Positions 1 to 10,287 of a stretch of 64,000 bases of DNA are shown here, in pieces. This DNA comes from Gammaproteobacteria bacterium (lineage in GTDB: Bacteria > Pseudomonadota > Gammaproteobacteria > CAJXQU01), in the NCBI GenBank assembly GCA_965238175.1, contig CBDEGZ010000003.1, positions 2,560,001 to 2,624,000 of the forward strand. The letters run 5' to 3'. Within the stretch, counting starts at the first letter, position 1, and every line of letters begins with the position of its first letter. The position numbers were made by a program, and so were the translations under genes. Under the pieces are notes generated by a model that was not told the origin of the DNA, did not search any database, and saw only the letters and a program-made list of their open reading frames with translations.

Positions 1-4
1 ATTT

Positions 5-397
5 ATGATCACACACGTCGCATTTGGTGATCTGTTTTTACAAGATATCCGCAGCTATAGGGAAAACCAAATGGATCCATTAGATCTAAAACCACTCTTT
101 CCTATTTGGAATTTAGTCACAGATCAACTCGCACAAACCATGATCACTTCTGGACTTAAAGCAAGAATTAGCTGCATCGATCCAAAACGACTTTCAGCCG
201 ATTTTGTTGGACGAAAATTTGATCAAAAATTATTGAACGATCTGCCTAACAATGTTGATCCCTGTGGTGAAAATGGCGAGTTTCATACATTCACATATGC
301 TGGCCCAATGTTTCATGAAAATATTTCTATCAAGCAAGGTGATGCTGTTGAACGTGACGGTTTTATTTTTTCTGACATAATATTTAGGGATCTCTGA
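5..397 (+). CDS. Dph6/ATP_bind_4 (adenine nucleotide alpha-hydrolase, PP-loop) family protein, C-terminal part; gene probably starts before the window
   Basis: Motifs AFGDLFL.DIR.YRE, P.FPIW and VDPCGENGEFHTF are typical of the diphthine-ammonia-ligase-like family; no in-frame stop upstream within the window. Confidence 0.85.
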   Translation: MITHVAFGDLFLQDIRSYRENQMDPLDLKPLFPIWNLVTDQLAQTMITSGLKARISCIDPKRLSADFVGRKFDQKLLNDLPNNVDPCGENGEFHTFTYAGPMFHENISIKQGDAVERDGFIFSDIIFRDL

Positions 398-554
398 TAT
401 GTTATGAACATACAATTTGAGTCCAGAATATTCAATTTCATCGTTACAAAATTGATTAATAGAACCACTATTACTTGCGTTTTGCGCCTCGATCTTGAAT
501 ATTTTGAATCTCAAACTTAATTTGCTTATAACACATCAGAGATCCCTCAAAACA

Positions 555-1478
555 ATGAAAATAGTTTCTCTTCTACCTAGTGCCACTGAAATAATTTGTC
601 TTTTAGATCTGCAAGATCAACTCGTCGGTGTAACCCATGAGTGCGACTTCCCTGCTGCGGTTTTAGCACTTCCCAAAGTCACAAAAACACGCATTCCCAA
701 ACAAGCAACGAGCAAACAAATTGATCAACTTGTGAACGAACATCTACAAGATAATCTCGCACTTTATTCACTCAATATAGATATTCTGCATGAGCTGCAA
801 CCTGATGTGATCATTACGCAAGCATTGTGCGATGTCTGTGCGGTCGCCGAAAAAGAAGTTAAGACCGCTGCATGTGAACTGCCTGGAAACCCGCGTGTAG
901 TCAATCTTGAACCGATGTCTTTAGAAGACGTATACCAAACACTGCTACTTGTCGGTAACGAATGTGATCGTACTGAACTCGCTCAAAAAACCGTTACGCA
1001 ATTACGCGCAAGAGAACGCAAAGTACAAACAATCACTGAAGAAAAAATACCGCTAGAAAATCGTCCAAGTGTTGGATTTTTGGAATGGATAGATCCACCT
1101 TTCAATGCCGGTCACTGGACGCCAGAATTGATCAAGTCCGCTGGTGGTATCGATGCTTTCGGAAACCTTAATCAACCGTCTGGAATGCTTACATGGGAAA
1201 AAATAAAACAAGCAGATCCTGATGTATTGTTTATCGCCTGCTGTGGTTTTGATCTACAACGAACATTAAAGGATATGCAGTTCCTGGAAAACAATAAAGG
1301 TTGGCAAGATCTAAAATGCGTTAAAAATAAACGTGTTTATATCTGCGATGGTAATGCTTATTTTTCAAGATCAGGACCACGGCTTATCGACAGCCTGGAA
1401 ATCATCGCCCACGCCTTGCATTCTGGAATTCACTCACTTCCTGCACATTTAGAACCAGCGTTATCTTATTGTAGGTAG
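555..1478 (+). CDS. BtuF-like cobalamin/Fe-siderophore-binding protein family, no signal peptide
   Basis: Starts MKIVSLLPSATEI (ATG 555); GVTHECDFP, TQALCDVCAV, EWIDP...GHW.PE, FSRSGPRL motifs of Peripla_BP_2. Confidence 0.8.
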   Translation: MKIVSLLPSATEIICLLDLQDQLVGVTHECDFPAAVLALPKVTKTRIPKQATSKQIDQLVNEHLQDNLALYSLNIDILHELQPDVIITQALCDVCAVAEKEVKTAACELPGNPRVVNLEPMSLEDVYQTLLLVGNECDRTELAQKTVTQLRARERKVQTITEEKIPLENRPSVGFLEWIDPPFNAGHWTPELIKSAGGIDAFGNLNQPSGMLTWEKIKQADPDVLFIACCGFDLQRTLKDMQFLENNKGWQDLKCVKNKRVYICDGNAYFSRSGPRLIDSLEIIAHALHSGIHSLPAHLEPALSYCR

Positions 1479-1610
1479 ACTTAGGCATAATATACTTAAC
1501 CTATGAGCAATTCTATCGACCAATTTATATGGATTAGGCTAGCGGAACTAAAGGGGTATGCCGTACTATTGGGCTACTCTCGGAAGAAGTGCATCGTGAT
1601 ATACAACTAA

Positions 1611-1659
1611 TCAGAATGACCGTTTTACGATGTCATCCTGAACTCCCGCGAAGGATCTT
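1611..1659. repeat. Degenerate REP-like palindromic element (TGTCATCCTGA...GCGAAGGATCT type)
   Basis: tgtcatcctgaactcccgcgaaggatct at ~1631-1658, with an inverted partial copy cagaatgac at ~1612, between convergent genes. Confidence 0.4.
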
Positions 1660-1752
1660 AATATCGAAGTCACACAATCAGCCGTTAACTAAATGGGTAA
1701 ACTTTTCTCCTTTCTATGTTCAGAGCTTAAGAAACCCTTTACTTAGACCGTA

Positions 1753-2337
1753 TTACGAAGCCGATTCAGAATTATCTGCGCTTGAAACCGATTTGATCGC
1801 CACTATCATCATATGAATCAACGCAGCACAACCAACGTAAAATACCGTATTTGCAAGTGCGTTTGGTGAATACTTGATCAATCTTGCAAGCATTTCAGTC
1901 ATATTCGTATCGGCAAAACGATCCGACAAAAAATAAAAGCTTCCACTTGAAATCACTTCCGATAGGAATACAGCTACAATCACACTTAAAGCCAGCGGAA
2001 GAAATGTGATCCAGGTATTCTCGTGTCGGTTGCTATACCAGACACCACCCAACCACATCGCACCATAAGCCAAAATCAACATTGCATAAGCCGGGGTAAC
2101 ACAAAAACTACTAACGTCACCAAAGGTAATCACAACATAATCAATCAGTGCAGCTTCAACTAGTAGTAAAGGGAAAAACCATGATTTTTTAATATAGATC
2201 CCTGCAAGAAAGAAAATCGCTAAAGATGCAGCCGGTAATTGTTGCAGGCTCTCAAAATGATGTCCTCTGCTCACTGCCATTAGCAGCACAAAGAACAGAC
2301 CAAGAAAAAGTTGATTACGATTAGATAATTTTAACAT
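1753..2337 (-). CDS. btuM: BtuM-type cobalamin transporter (solitary ECF S-component-like)
   Basis: About 6 TM segments; RGHHF, ASLAIFFLAG and SFCVTPAY (conserved Cys), as in BtuM; lies next to cobO. Confidence 0.75.
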   Translation of the reverse strand: MLKLSNRNQLFLGLFFVLLMAVSRGHHFESLQQLPAASLAIFFLAGIYIKKSWFFPLLLVEAALIDYVVITFGDVSSFCVTPAYAMLILAYGAMWLGGVWYSNRHENTWITFLPLALSVIVAVFLSEVISSGSFYFLSDRFADTNMTEMLARLIKYSPNALANTVFYVGCAALIHMMIVAIKSVSSADNSESAS

Positions 2338-2462
2338 GCTGAACCTCAGGGTCGCTTTTCTTTTAAAGCTTATTTAATTTTTAATAGGCATAATTATACA
2401 GTATGTGGAAAGTAGGGTGTAGATTATAATACGTGTACATTATTCCAAACCGATAAAAAACA

Positions 2463-3065
2463 ATGTCCACAGAAGCTCAAGATCACAAACAAAAAATGCA
2501 AGATCAAAAGAAAGCCGTTGATGGCAGGATCAAATCGGCAAAAGACAAAAAAGGTTTAATCTTGATTCTAACCGGTGAAGGTAAAGGCAAAAGCAGTTCG
2601 GCTTTCGGTATGGTTGCTCGTGCCTTGGGGCACAAAATGCGCTGCGGTGTAGTGCAATTTATCAAAGGTAAAATGAGCACAGGAGAAGAACGTTTTTTCA
2701 GTCGGTTCCCAGACGAGATTGAATATCACACCACCGGCGATGGATATACATGGGACACACAAAATAAAGCAGCCGATATTGTCACTGCAGAACGCGGCTG
2801 GGCGATCGTAAAAACAATGCTGTCGAATTCCGAGTTTGATCTGATCGTCCTTGACGAACTAAATATTGTCCTGAATATGGAATACCTGAATCTTGATAAA
2901 GTCATGAAAGATCTACAATCTCGTCCAGAACGTCAGCATGTGATTATCACTGGCCGAGGTGCGCCTGAAAAATTAATCGAAGTTGCCGATACCGTCAGCG
3001 AAGTCAAGTTGATCAAACATGCGTTTGAAGCGGGAGTACAAGCCCAGAAAGGTATTGAGCTTTAG
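2463..3065 (+). CDS. cobO: Cob(I)yrinic acid a,c-diamide adenosyltransferase (CobO/BtuR)
   Basis: TGEGKGKSSSAFG P-loop, QFIKG, LDELN, VIITGRGA, KHAF..G..AQKGIE. Confidence 0.95.
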   Translation: MSTEAQDHKQKMQDQKKAVDGRIKSAKDKKGLILILTGEGKGKSSSAFGMVARALGHKMRCGVVQFIKGKMSTGEERFFSRFPDEIEYHTTGDGYTWDTQNKAADIVTAERGWAIVKTMLSNSEFDLIVLDELNIVLNMEYLNLDKVMKDLQSRPERQHVIITGRGAPEKLIEVADTVSEVKLIKHAFEAGVQAQKGIEL

Positions 3066-3162
3066 AGACAACTCAATGCAATGCTCTTGAAGTTCTAAAG
3101 GCCTTAAAACAGAAATATCAATAACGCAGAAGGAACTTTATGTATTAGTTTATGCCATATAC

Positions 3163-3189
3163 TGGTACTAGTTAGCATTACTAGTACTA
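3163..3189. promoter_or_regulatory. Inverted repeat upstream of the cus operon (candidate operator or hairpin)
   Basis: GTACTAGT-N7-ACTAGTAC at 3165-3187, extendable with one mismatch. Confidence 0.4.
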
Positions 3190-3234
3190 AATTTAATAGA
3201 AAAAATCGAGATAAACACTATAATCATATAGATC

Positions 3235-3651
3235 ATGACGGTTCTACTCAAAAACAAGCGACATAAATTCGCAACGATGATGTTATCGATATTTATCGGT
3301 AGCTGGATGTTGCTATTGTGTCAAACCTGTTTTGCAGCCCATGGTAGTGATCAGAGAGTTGATCATTCCACGGAGATCGAGACGAAAATTCCTTGTCATG
3401 ACTCAACAACCGTCAGTGCTGATGATGAAATATGTTCTGAATCCTGTGATTGCGATGAGCTCAACATCACTATCAACAGTGATACAAACCCAGAGCAAAA
3501 AGTAAAAATAAAGTACTCACAAGATGCGACTATTCCTTCTGAGCAAAAAATAACATTATCAAATAGAGCTCCACCCAGCGAACAAATATCTGCACCACCC
3601 GACAGGGCTATCCTCTTACCTCTAGATTCATTCAACGTACTAATAATTTAA
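3235..3651 (+). CDS. Cys/His-rich exported or membrane-anchored leader protein with RAPP motif (DUF2946/CruR/CutF-like)
   Basis: N-terminal hydrophobic segment ending CQTC; also PCH and CSESCDC; RAPP at 3565-3576; first gene of the cus operon. Confidence 0.6.
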   Translation: MTVLLKNKRHKFATMMLSIFIGSWMLLLCQTCFAAHGSDQRVDHSTEIETKIPCHDSTTVSADDEICSESCDCDELNITINSDTNPEQKVKIKYSQDATIPSEQKITLSNRAPPSEQISAPPDRAILLPLDSFNVLII

Positions 3652-3722
3652 ACACGGTCTATTGCATTCGTTGTTTGATCGCAAGATCAAATACCGTTAC
3701 TTATTCGCATTAGAGGTGTTTT

Positions 3723-4985
3723 ATGTACCATTACAAATTCTTAAAATTTATTGTCGTATTTTTTCTGATTGGCTTATCAGTTGAATCAACGGCTAATGAA
3801 CTATCGTTAGCAGAAGCAGAACAGATCGCGTTGGATCTCGACTTCATATCCAAAAAATACAACGCCCGATCAGAAAGTTTGCAAGCGCGGGCGATTGCCG
3901 ATGGGCAATTGCCCGATCCTGAACTGAGTTTTGGGCTCGCCGAAGTACCACTTAATAATTTCAACTTTAATGATCACGAAGACACAGAAGTTAGATTAGG
4001 GATCAGCCAGGTAATCCCACCTGGAAACACGCTGAAATATCGGTCAGAACGACTACTTTCAATGGCAGATGTTGAACAAGCACGCATGTTTAACCAACAC
4101 TTGCTGGTTCTAAATAATGTTCGCACTGCTTTTGTTGAACTTTATTTTCAGCAAGAAGCGTATCAATTACTTGAATTAAATCGCGACCTGTTTACTGAGA
4201 TGGCCGATATCACAGAGAGACAGTATGCCGAAGGTCGAGACAATCAACATGAGGTCTTAAGATCACAATTGGAATTGTCGTTTATTGAAGATCGAATAGA
4301 AGAAACAAGAGGCCTGATTGATGTTGCAAAGGCAGAGTTATCTGAATGGATCCAATACGAAAATGCCTCAAGAAAAATATCGTCCAAGCTTCCGAAAATA
4401 TCCTCAGTAAAGACAAAAGATAATGTTATAAAACACCTTAATCAACACCCTTTATTAGCCATCGAAAATGCCAATGTGGACGCTGCACAAAAATCAGTTG
4501 CTATTGCTGAAGAACAATACAATCCAAAATGGGTGGTCGATTTCATGATTACTGAAAACACTGGCAGTTCGTTCGATCTACAAACCGGACCTGATTTTGC
4601 CGGCGTTTTTTTCAAAGTGTCTTTACCCCTTTTTACCGACAAGCGTCAGGACAAAGTATTAAGTGCAAACAAAAGCGCAGAACAAGCGATGCGATTTAAT
4701 CGTTCAGATCGCTTACGAGAATTGATACGGCAGGTTGAAACTGAGTTCGCAAATCTGACAAGGCTTGAGCGCAGATTAAATCTATATGAGCAACGAGCAA
4801 CAATAGAGGCAACGCAAACACAAGATGCTGCATTCAATGCGTATCAAAATGATCTTACTGATTTCGAAACCTTAATTCGGACAGGAATACTCACGTTGAA
4901 TACACAATTGGAAATGCTAAATATTCAGAAAAAATATTTTAAGAGCCAAATTAAACTGTTGTACCTTTCTGGAGAATCACTATGA
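3723..4985 (+). CDS. cusC: TolC-family outer membrane factor of a heavy-metal RND pump (CusC-like)
   Basis: Signal peptide, QLPDP and SLPLF motifs, helical repeats; overlaps cusB start (ATGA). Confidence 0.85.
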   Translation: MYHYKFLKFIVVFFLIGLSVESTANELSLAEAEQIALDLDFISKKYNARSESLQARAIADGQLPDPELSFGLAEVPLNNFNFNDHEDTEVRLGISQVIPPGNTLKYRSERLLSMADVEQARMFNQHLLVLNNVRTAFVELYFQQEAYQLLELNRDLFTEMADITERQYAEGRDNQHEVLRSQLELSFIEDRIEETRGLIDVAKAELSEWIQYENASRKISSKLPKISSVKTKDNVIKHLNQHPLLAIENANVDAAQKSVAIAEEQYNPKWVVDFMITENTGSSFDLQTGPDFAGVFFKVSLPLFTDKRQDKVLSANKSAEQAMRFNRSDRLRELIRQVETEFANLTRLERRLNLYEQRATIEATQTQDAAFNAYQNDLTDFETLIRTGILTLNTQLEMLNIQKKYFKSQIKLLYLSGESL

Positions 4986-6349
4986 ACCTTAAATTTATAA
5001 CAGGTTTGTTGTTTATCATCATTGCTGGCTTCTCAGCGGGAATATGGTTCGGTTGGTATGAAAACTTACTTCCCCAAAAAGAGACTGCAATCGAACATGC
5101 TGTAAAGCATCTTGATGAATCTTATTACTGCTCTATGCACCCACAGGTAACCAGCAATGAACCTGGTCGTTGTCCTATCTGCTCAATGGATCTTATCCCT
5201 ATTGTTAGTAATGAGAAGAAGGCAGAACCCAAAATTATTTTTTACCGACATCCAATGAATCCAACAATAACTGCAGAGACTCCACAAAAAGACAGTATGG
5301 GCATGGATTTTATTCCTGTCTATGAAGATGAAGATACCGAGACAACAAGCGTTACGGTTTCTCCTGCCGTGATTAATAATCTTGGTGTGCGTACGACTGA
5401 AGTTAAACGTAAAACCTTACCACGGCACGTCGATACCGTGGCATATATCAATCCGAATGAATCATTAATCGGTCACGTGCATTTAAGAACAGAAGGTTGG
5501 GTTGAAAATCTCACCGTGAATACAATAGGTGATCGCGTCAAAAAGGGACAATTGTTGTTTACACTGTATTCGCCTACGTTGGTCAATGCACAAGAAGAAT
5601 ACTTAAAAGCATTAGAACGTAGTAATAAAAGATTCATTAGTGCGTCAAAAAATAAACTGAAATCATTAGGCATCTCATCTTCACAAATTAACAAACTCAC
5701 TAAAACGCGTAAGGTTAAAAAAACCATCAGCATATTTGCGCATCATGATGGCATAGTAACTGAGTTAATGATTCGTGAAGGCATGTATGTCGAACCCTCT
5801 ACTGAAACTATTTCAATGGTTGATTTAAGTAATGTGTGGGTACTGGCTGAAGTGTTCGAACAACAAGCTGCGTGGATAAAAGTCGGGCAAAAAGCTATCG
5901 CAAAGGTGCCTTCTTTACCTAGTAAAACGTGGGCAGGATCGGTTGATTATATTTATCCGGTTCTTGATCCGGTGACGCGAACATTAAAAGTAAGACTGAA
6001 GTTCGATAACCCAAATGAATTATTAAAACCAAACATGTTTGCTCACGTCAAAATTTACTCTAACCCACGGGAAAATATTCTGGCTGTGCCACGAGAAGCG
6101 ATTATACGTGATGGCAGCAGCGAACGTGTGGTACTGGCAGAAGGTGATGGTCGCTTTTCACAACGGCAAATAAAAACGGGAATCGAAAGTGAAGATTTAG
6201 TTGAAATTATAGAGGGACTCGGAGAAGGGGAAAAAATTGTCACCTCAGCCCAATTTCTACTCGATTCAGAAGCAAGCCTCAGAGCCAGTTTCCAGCGAAT
6301 GCAACCAATGGAAGATAAACCGGCAACTTCAATGGAGATGACACCATGA
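4982..6349 (+). CDS. cusB: RND membrane fusion protein CusB/SilB with two heavy-metal-binding domains
   Basis: YCSMHP...PGRCPICSMDL and YRHPMNP...KDSMGMDF domains; LYSP.L..AQEEYL; LKPNMF. Confidence 0.9.
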   Translation: MNLKFITGLLFIIIAGFSAGIWFGWYENLLPQKETAIEHAVKHLDESYYCSMHPQVTSNEPGRCPICSMDLIPIVSNEKKAEPKIIFYRHPMNPTITAETPQKDSMGMDFIPVYEDEDTETTSVTVSPAVINNLGVRTTEVKRKTLPRHVDTVAYINPNESLIGHVHLRTEGWVENLTVNTIGDRVKKGQLLFTLYSPTLVNAQEEYLKALERSNKRFISASKNKLKSLGISSSQINKLTKTRKVKKTISIFAHHDGIVTELMIREGMYVEPSTETISMVDLSNVWVLAEVFEQQAAWIKVGQKAIAKVPSLPSKTWAGSVDYIYPVLDPVTRTLKVRLKFDNPNELLKPNMFAHVKIYSNPRENILAVPREAIIRDGSSERVVLAEGDGRFSQRQIKTGIESEDLVEIIEGLGEGEKIVTSAQFLLDSEASLRASFQRMQPMEDKPATSMEMTP

Positions 6350-9300
6350 TAGAACGACTGATCCAATGGTCTCTTAATAATCGATTTTTGGTTTTGCTGG
6401 TCTCCATTATGTTTGCTGTCGGCGGTGCTTATACAGTCAAACAAACACCAATTGATGCCATACCTGATCTTTCTGACGTGCAAGTGATCATTAAAACAGT
6501 CTGGCCAGGCCAGGCCCCGCAAGTCATTGAAGATCAAGTTACCTATCCATTAACGACAGCTATGTTATCGGTTCCGGGTGCGAAAACGGTGCGTGGTTTT
6601 TCGAATTTTGGTGATTCGTATGTATATATTATTTTTGAAGACGGCACCGATTTATATTGGGCGCGTTCGCGTGTACTTGAATATTTAAGCCAGGTAACCC
6701 CTCTTCTACCACCGGGTGCCAGGCCCGCATTAGGTCCCGATGCTACGGGTGTCGGCTGGGTCTATAACTATGCGTTAGTTGATCGGAAAAATAAACATGA
6801 TTTGTCTCAACTACGTTCGATACAGGATTGGTTCTTAAAATACGAACTACAAGCCATAGCAGGTGTGTCTGAAGTTGCTACGTTAGGGGGCTATGTCAAA
6901 CAATATCAAGTTGTTATTGATCCAGATCGCCTTCGTGCCTATAGCTTAACTTTAAAACAAGTTCGCAATGCAATTCAGAATAGCAATCAAGAGGACAGTG
7001 GTTCGGTCATTGAATTGGCTGAAGCAGAATATGTCGTTCGCTCAACAGGTTATCTCAAGGGAATTGAAGAACTTAAGGCGATACCACTTGGTATTAATAA
7101 GAACGGAACGCCAATACTTTTAAAAGATGTCGCCCAGTTACAAATTGGTCCAGATCAACGTCGAGGTATTGCCGAGTTAAATGGAGAAGGTGAAACTGTT
7201 GGTGCTATCGTCGTCATGCGCTTTGGTGAGAATGCCAAGAAAACAATTGCCGCCGTCAAAACACGCATAGAAGAACTTAAAACCAGTCTGCCAGATGGCA
7301 TAGAAATTGTTGAAACTTATGATCGTTCAGATTTAATAGATCGATCTATATCGACGTTGACGCATCGTCTGATAGAAGAATTTATCATTGTTGCAATTAT
7401 TTGTGCCCTGTTTCTTTTTCATTTACGTTCTGCGCTCGTCGTAATTATCAGTTTGCCTTTGGGCATACTTGCTGCATTTTCAATCATGTATGCGCAAGGC
7501 ATTAATGCCAACATTATGTCTCTGGGTGGAATAGCGATCGCAATTGGCGCCATGGTTGATGCCGCCATTGTTTTGATCGAAAACTTTCATAAACACCTGG
7601 AACAGGCTGGAGATGAAATAACAGATCGTTGGTCCATCGTAATGGACTCTGCGCGAGAAGTCGGGCCAGCATTGTTTTTTTCATTATTAATTATTACCGT
7701 CAGTTTCTTACCTATTTTTGCCCTTGAAGCACAAGAAGGACGCTTATTTAAACCCTTAGCCTTTACAAAAACCTATGCGATGGCTGCCTCGGCAGGATTA
7801 GCCGTCACTCTGGTTCCTGTTTTGATGGGACTTTTTATTCGTGGTCGGGTAATAAAAGAAAATAGCAACCCGATCAATCGTTTATTAATTATTTCTTATC
7901 GACCTTTTATAAGAACGGCGCTGGCATTTCCACGTACGATAATTTTCTTTGCCATCATCATAACCGTGATTGGTGTATGGCCTGCTCAGCAGTTGGGTAG
8001 CGAGTTTATGCCAGAACTGGACGAAGGTGATCTGATGTACATGCCAACAACACTACCGGCGTTATCCATTGGGAAAGCACAACAAATATTGCAACAAACG
8101 GATAAGTTAATTCGTACCGTACCCGAAGTGGAACTTGTCTTCGGAAAAATAGGCCGAGCCGATACCGCAACCGATCCGGCACCATTATCCATGCTTGAAA
8201 CTCTGGTCAAATTAAAAGATCGAAGCGAATGGCGCCCAGGTATGACGCCTGAAAAGTTACGTCGAGAATTACAACAGCGTGTCCAGCTTCCAGGCTTGGC
8301 CAATGCCTGGGTTATGCCGATTAAAACCCGCATTGATATGCTTGCAACAGGGATCAAAACGCCTGTTGGAATTAAAGTCGCCGGTCCAGATTTAAAAGTG
8401 ATCCAAGAACTTGGGCAACAAATCGAACAGATCGTACGAAACATTCCCGGCACCGCATCGGCCTATGCTGAGCGTGTCACTGGCGGGCGTTATATCACCG
8501 TCGACATTAATCGCCTGGAAGCTTCACGATTGGGTTTGAACATCAACAATGTTCAGGAAGTGATCAATACCGCTATTGGTGGCAAAAATATTACCTGGAC
8601 AGTTGAAGGTCTAGAACGTTATCCAGTCAGTTTGCGTTATCCGCGCCATGTCAGAGATTCTGTCGAAAACCTGAAAATGTTACCAATAATTACACCTGCA
8701 GGTTCTCGTATTCCATTGAGTCAGATTGCTGATATTCGAATTGAAGATGGCCCACAAATGATCAAAAGTGAAAACGCTCGCTTAAATGGTTGGATATTTG
8801 TTGATACGGTGGGACGTGATCTGGGTAGTTATGTCGAAGAAGCAAAGCTGCAAATTTCCGAAGCAATTACATTACCTCCCGGCTATTCATTAACCTGGTC
8901 CGGCCAGTATGAATATCTGCAACGTGCCAAAGAACGATTAAGTGTGATTGTTCCACTCACTCTGGCGTTAATTGTTTTACTTTTGTTTATTCATTTTAAA
9001 AATATAACAGAAGTGATGATCATTCTCGCATCATTACCCTTCGCGCTGGTCGGAGGTTTATGGATGCTATATGTCATGAATTTTAATTTATCGGTTGCTG
9101 TGATTGTTGGTTTCATCGCTCTAGCAGGTGTTGCGGCTGAAACCGGTATTGTCATGTTGGTATTCCTTGATAATGCATTCAACAAATATCAACTAAAAGC
9201 CAAAAATGAAAACCGATCACTAACCTATGCGGAATTAAAAGAAGCCGTTATTGAAGGCGCACTGTTACGTGTACGTCCAAAAATAATGACTGTCGCTGCC

Positions 9301-9501
9301 ATTATAGGTGGACTGCTTCCCATTATGTTTGGAACTGGCACAGGCTCTGAAGTAATGACTCGAATTGCTGCACCCATGGTTGGTGGAATGATCACAGCGA
9401 CTATTCTGACACTTATCGTCATTCCTTCCGTTTATTTATTATGGAAGAAACGTTCTATTGCTGTGCGTCATGGTCAGGAGCGACTAAGTAATCTTAACTA
9501 A
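6346..9501 (+). CDS. cusA: CusA/SilA Cu(I)/Ag(I) RND efflux transporter
   Basis: DAIPDLSDVQV, ALGPDATGVGW, EFMPELDEGD, DPAPLSMLET, MPIKTRIDML, AAETG motifs. Confidence 0.95.
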   Translation: MIERLIQWSLNNRFLVLLVSIMFAVGGAYTVKQTPIDAIPDLSDVQVIIKTVWPGQAPQVIEDQVTYPLTTAMLSVPGAKTVRGFSNFGDSYVYIIFEDGTDLYWARSRVLEYLSQVTPLLPPGARPALGPDATGVGWVYNYALVDRKNKHDLSQLRSIQDWFLKYELQAIAGVSEVATLGGYVKQYQVVIDPDRLRAYSLTLKQVRNAIQNSNQEDSGSVIELAEAEYVVRSTGYLKGIEELKAIPLGINKNGTPILLKDVAQLQIGPDQRRGIAELNGEGETVGAIVVMRFGENAKKTIAAVKTRIEELKTSLPDGIEIVETYDRSDLIDRSISTLTHRLIEEFIIVAIICALFLFHLRSALVVIISLPLGILAAFSIMYAQGINANIMSLGGIAIAIGAMVDAAIVLIENFHKHLEQAGDEITDRWSIVMDSAREVGPALFFSLLIITVSFLPIFALEAQEGRLFKPLAFTKTYAMAASAGLAVTLVPVLMGLFIRGRVIKENSNPINRLLIISYRPFIRTALAFPRTIIFFAIIITVIGVWPAQQLGSEFMPELDEGDLMYMPTTLPALSIGKAQQILQQTDKLIRTVPEVELVFGKIGRADTATDPAPLSMLETLVKLKDRSEWRPGMTPEKLRRELQQRVQLPGLANAWVMPIKTRIDMLATGIKTPVGIKVAGPDLKVIQELGQQIEQIVRNIPGTASAYAERVTGGRYITVDINRLEASRLGLNINNVQEVINTAIGGKNITWTVEGLERYPVSLRYPRHVRDSVENLKMLPIITPAGSRIPLSQIADIRIEDGPQMIKSENARLNGWIFVDTVGRDLGSYVEEAKLQISEAITLPPGYSLTWSGQYEYLQRAKERLSVIVPLTLALIVLLLFIHFKNITEVMIILASLPFALVGGLWMLYVMNFNLSVAVIVGFIALAGVAAETGIVMLVFLDNAFNKYQLKAKNENRSLTYAELKEAVIEGALLRVRPKIMTVAAIIGGLLPIMFGTGTGSEVMTRIAAPMVGGMITATILTLIVIPSVYLLWKKRSIAVRHGQERLSNLN

Positions 9502-9549
9502 TTTCATCATATTATTTATTCTAGTTGTAAACTTAACATAGTAAAAATG

Positions 9550-10287
9550 TTATCGCCGCTGCCTGACAGCTTCATACAAACAAACACCAGAAGCGACGGA
9601 AACGTTCAAACTTTCAACGATGCCAGCCATCGGGATTTGAACAAGGTGATCACAGTACTCACCTGTCAATCGTCGAATACCCTTATCTTCAGAGCCCATC
9701 ACCAATGCAATAGGTCCTGTTAAATCCTGATCAAAAATAGTTTGTTCACATTGATCGCTAGTGCCAATCAACCAGACACCGGCATTTTGAATTTCTTTTA
9801 AGGTTCGCGCTAAATTACGAACCTCTATTAAAGGAACAGAATCCCCAGCCCCACTTGCAACCTTTCGAACTGTTGATGTCATACTTACGCCACGACTGGC
9901 AGGGATGATGACAGCATCTACACCTGCTGCATCGGCAGTTCGCAAACAAGCACCAAGGTTATGTGGATCTTGAACACCATCAAGTACTAATAGAAAAGTA
10001 TTTTCAGAATTTCCGATGATTGTCATCAGATCTGATTCATCTTTGGGCTTCGCGGTTCGTTGCCTGCAGACAACACCTTGATGACGTTGATCGCCACTTA
10101 ATTTATCTAAGGTTTTTCTAGGTACAAGCTGAAAAGCTATTCCTGAATCCTCAGCTAAACTTTGAATCTTCTTGGTCTTTCCACCTTTTAGATCTCCTTG
10201 TATCCAAAGCGCTAAAATTCTTTCAGGGAATTGTTGTAGCGCATGCTCAACGGCATGCATTCCATAAATTAAATCAGTATCAGCCAT
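9550..10287 (-). CDS. rlmB: 23S rRNA (guanosine-2251-2'-O)-methyltransferase
   Basis: IYGMHAV, HQGV, LDGVQDPHNLGACLRTADAAG, ESLNVSVA SpoU motifs. Confidence 0.95.
   Translation of the reverse strand: MADTDLIYGMHAVEHALQQFPERILALWIQGDLKGGKTKKIQSLAEDSGIAFQLVPRKTLDKLSGDQRHQGVVCRQRTAKPKDESDLMTIIGNSENTFLLVLDGVQDPHNLGACLRTADAAGVDAVIIPASRGVSMTSTVRKVASGAGDSVPLIEVRNLARTLKEIQNAGVWLIGTSDQCEQTIFDQDLTGPIALVMGSEDKGIRRLTGEYCDHLVQIPMAGIVESLNVSVASGVCLYEAVRQRR

Noticed and set aside
230-514. Minus-strand 94-aa ORF
   Set aside because: Overlaps the Dph6-like gene antisense and has no supportable motif
2338-2462. Possible cobalamin riboswitch between btuM and cobO
   Set aside because: Gap is only 125 bp, AT-rich, and lacks B12-box or GGGAA/GCCACTG core motifs
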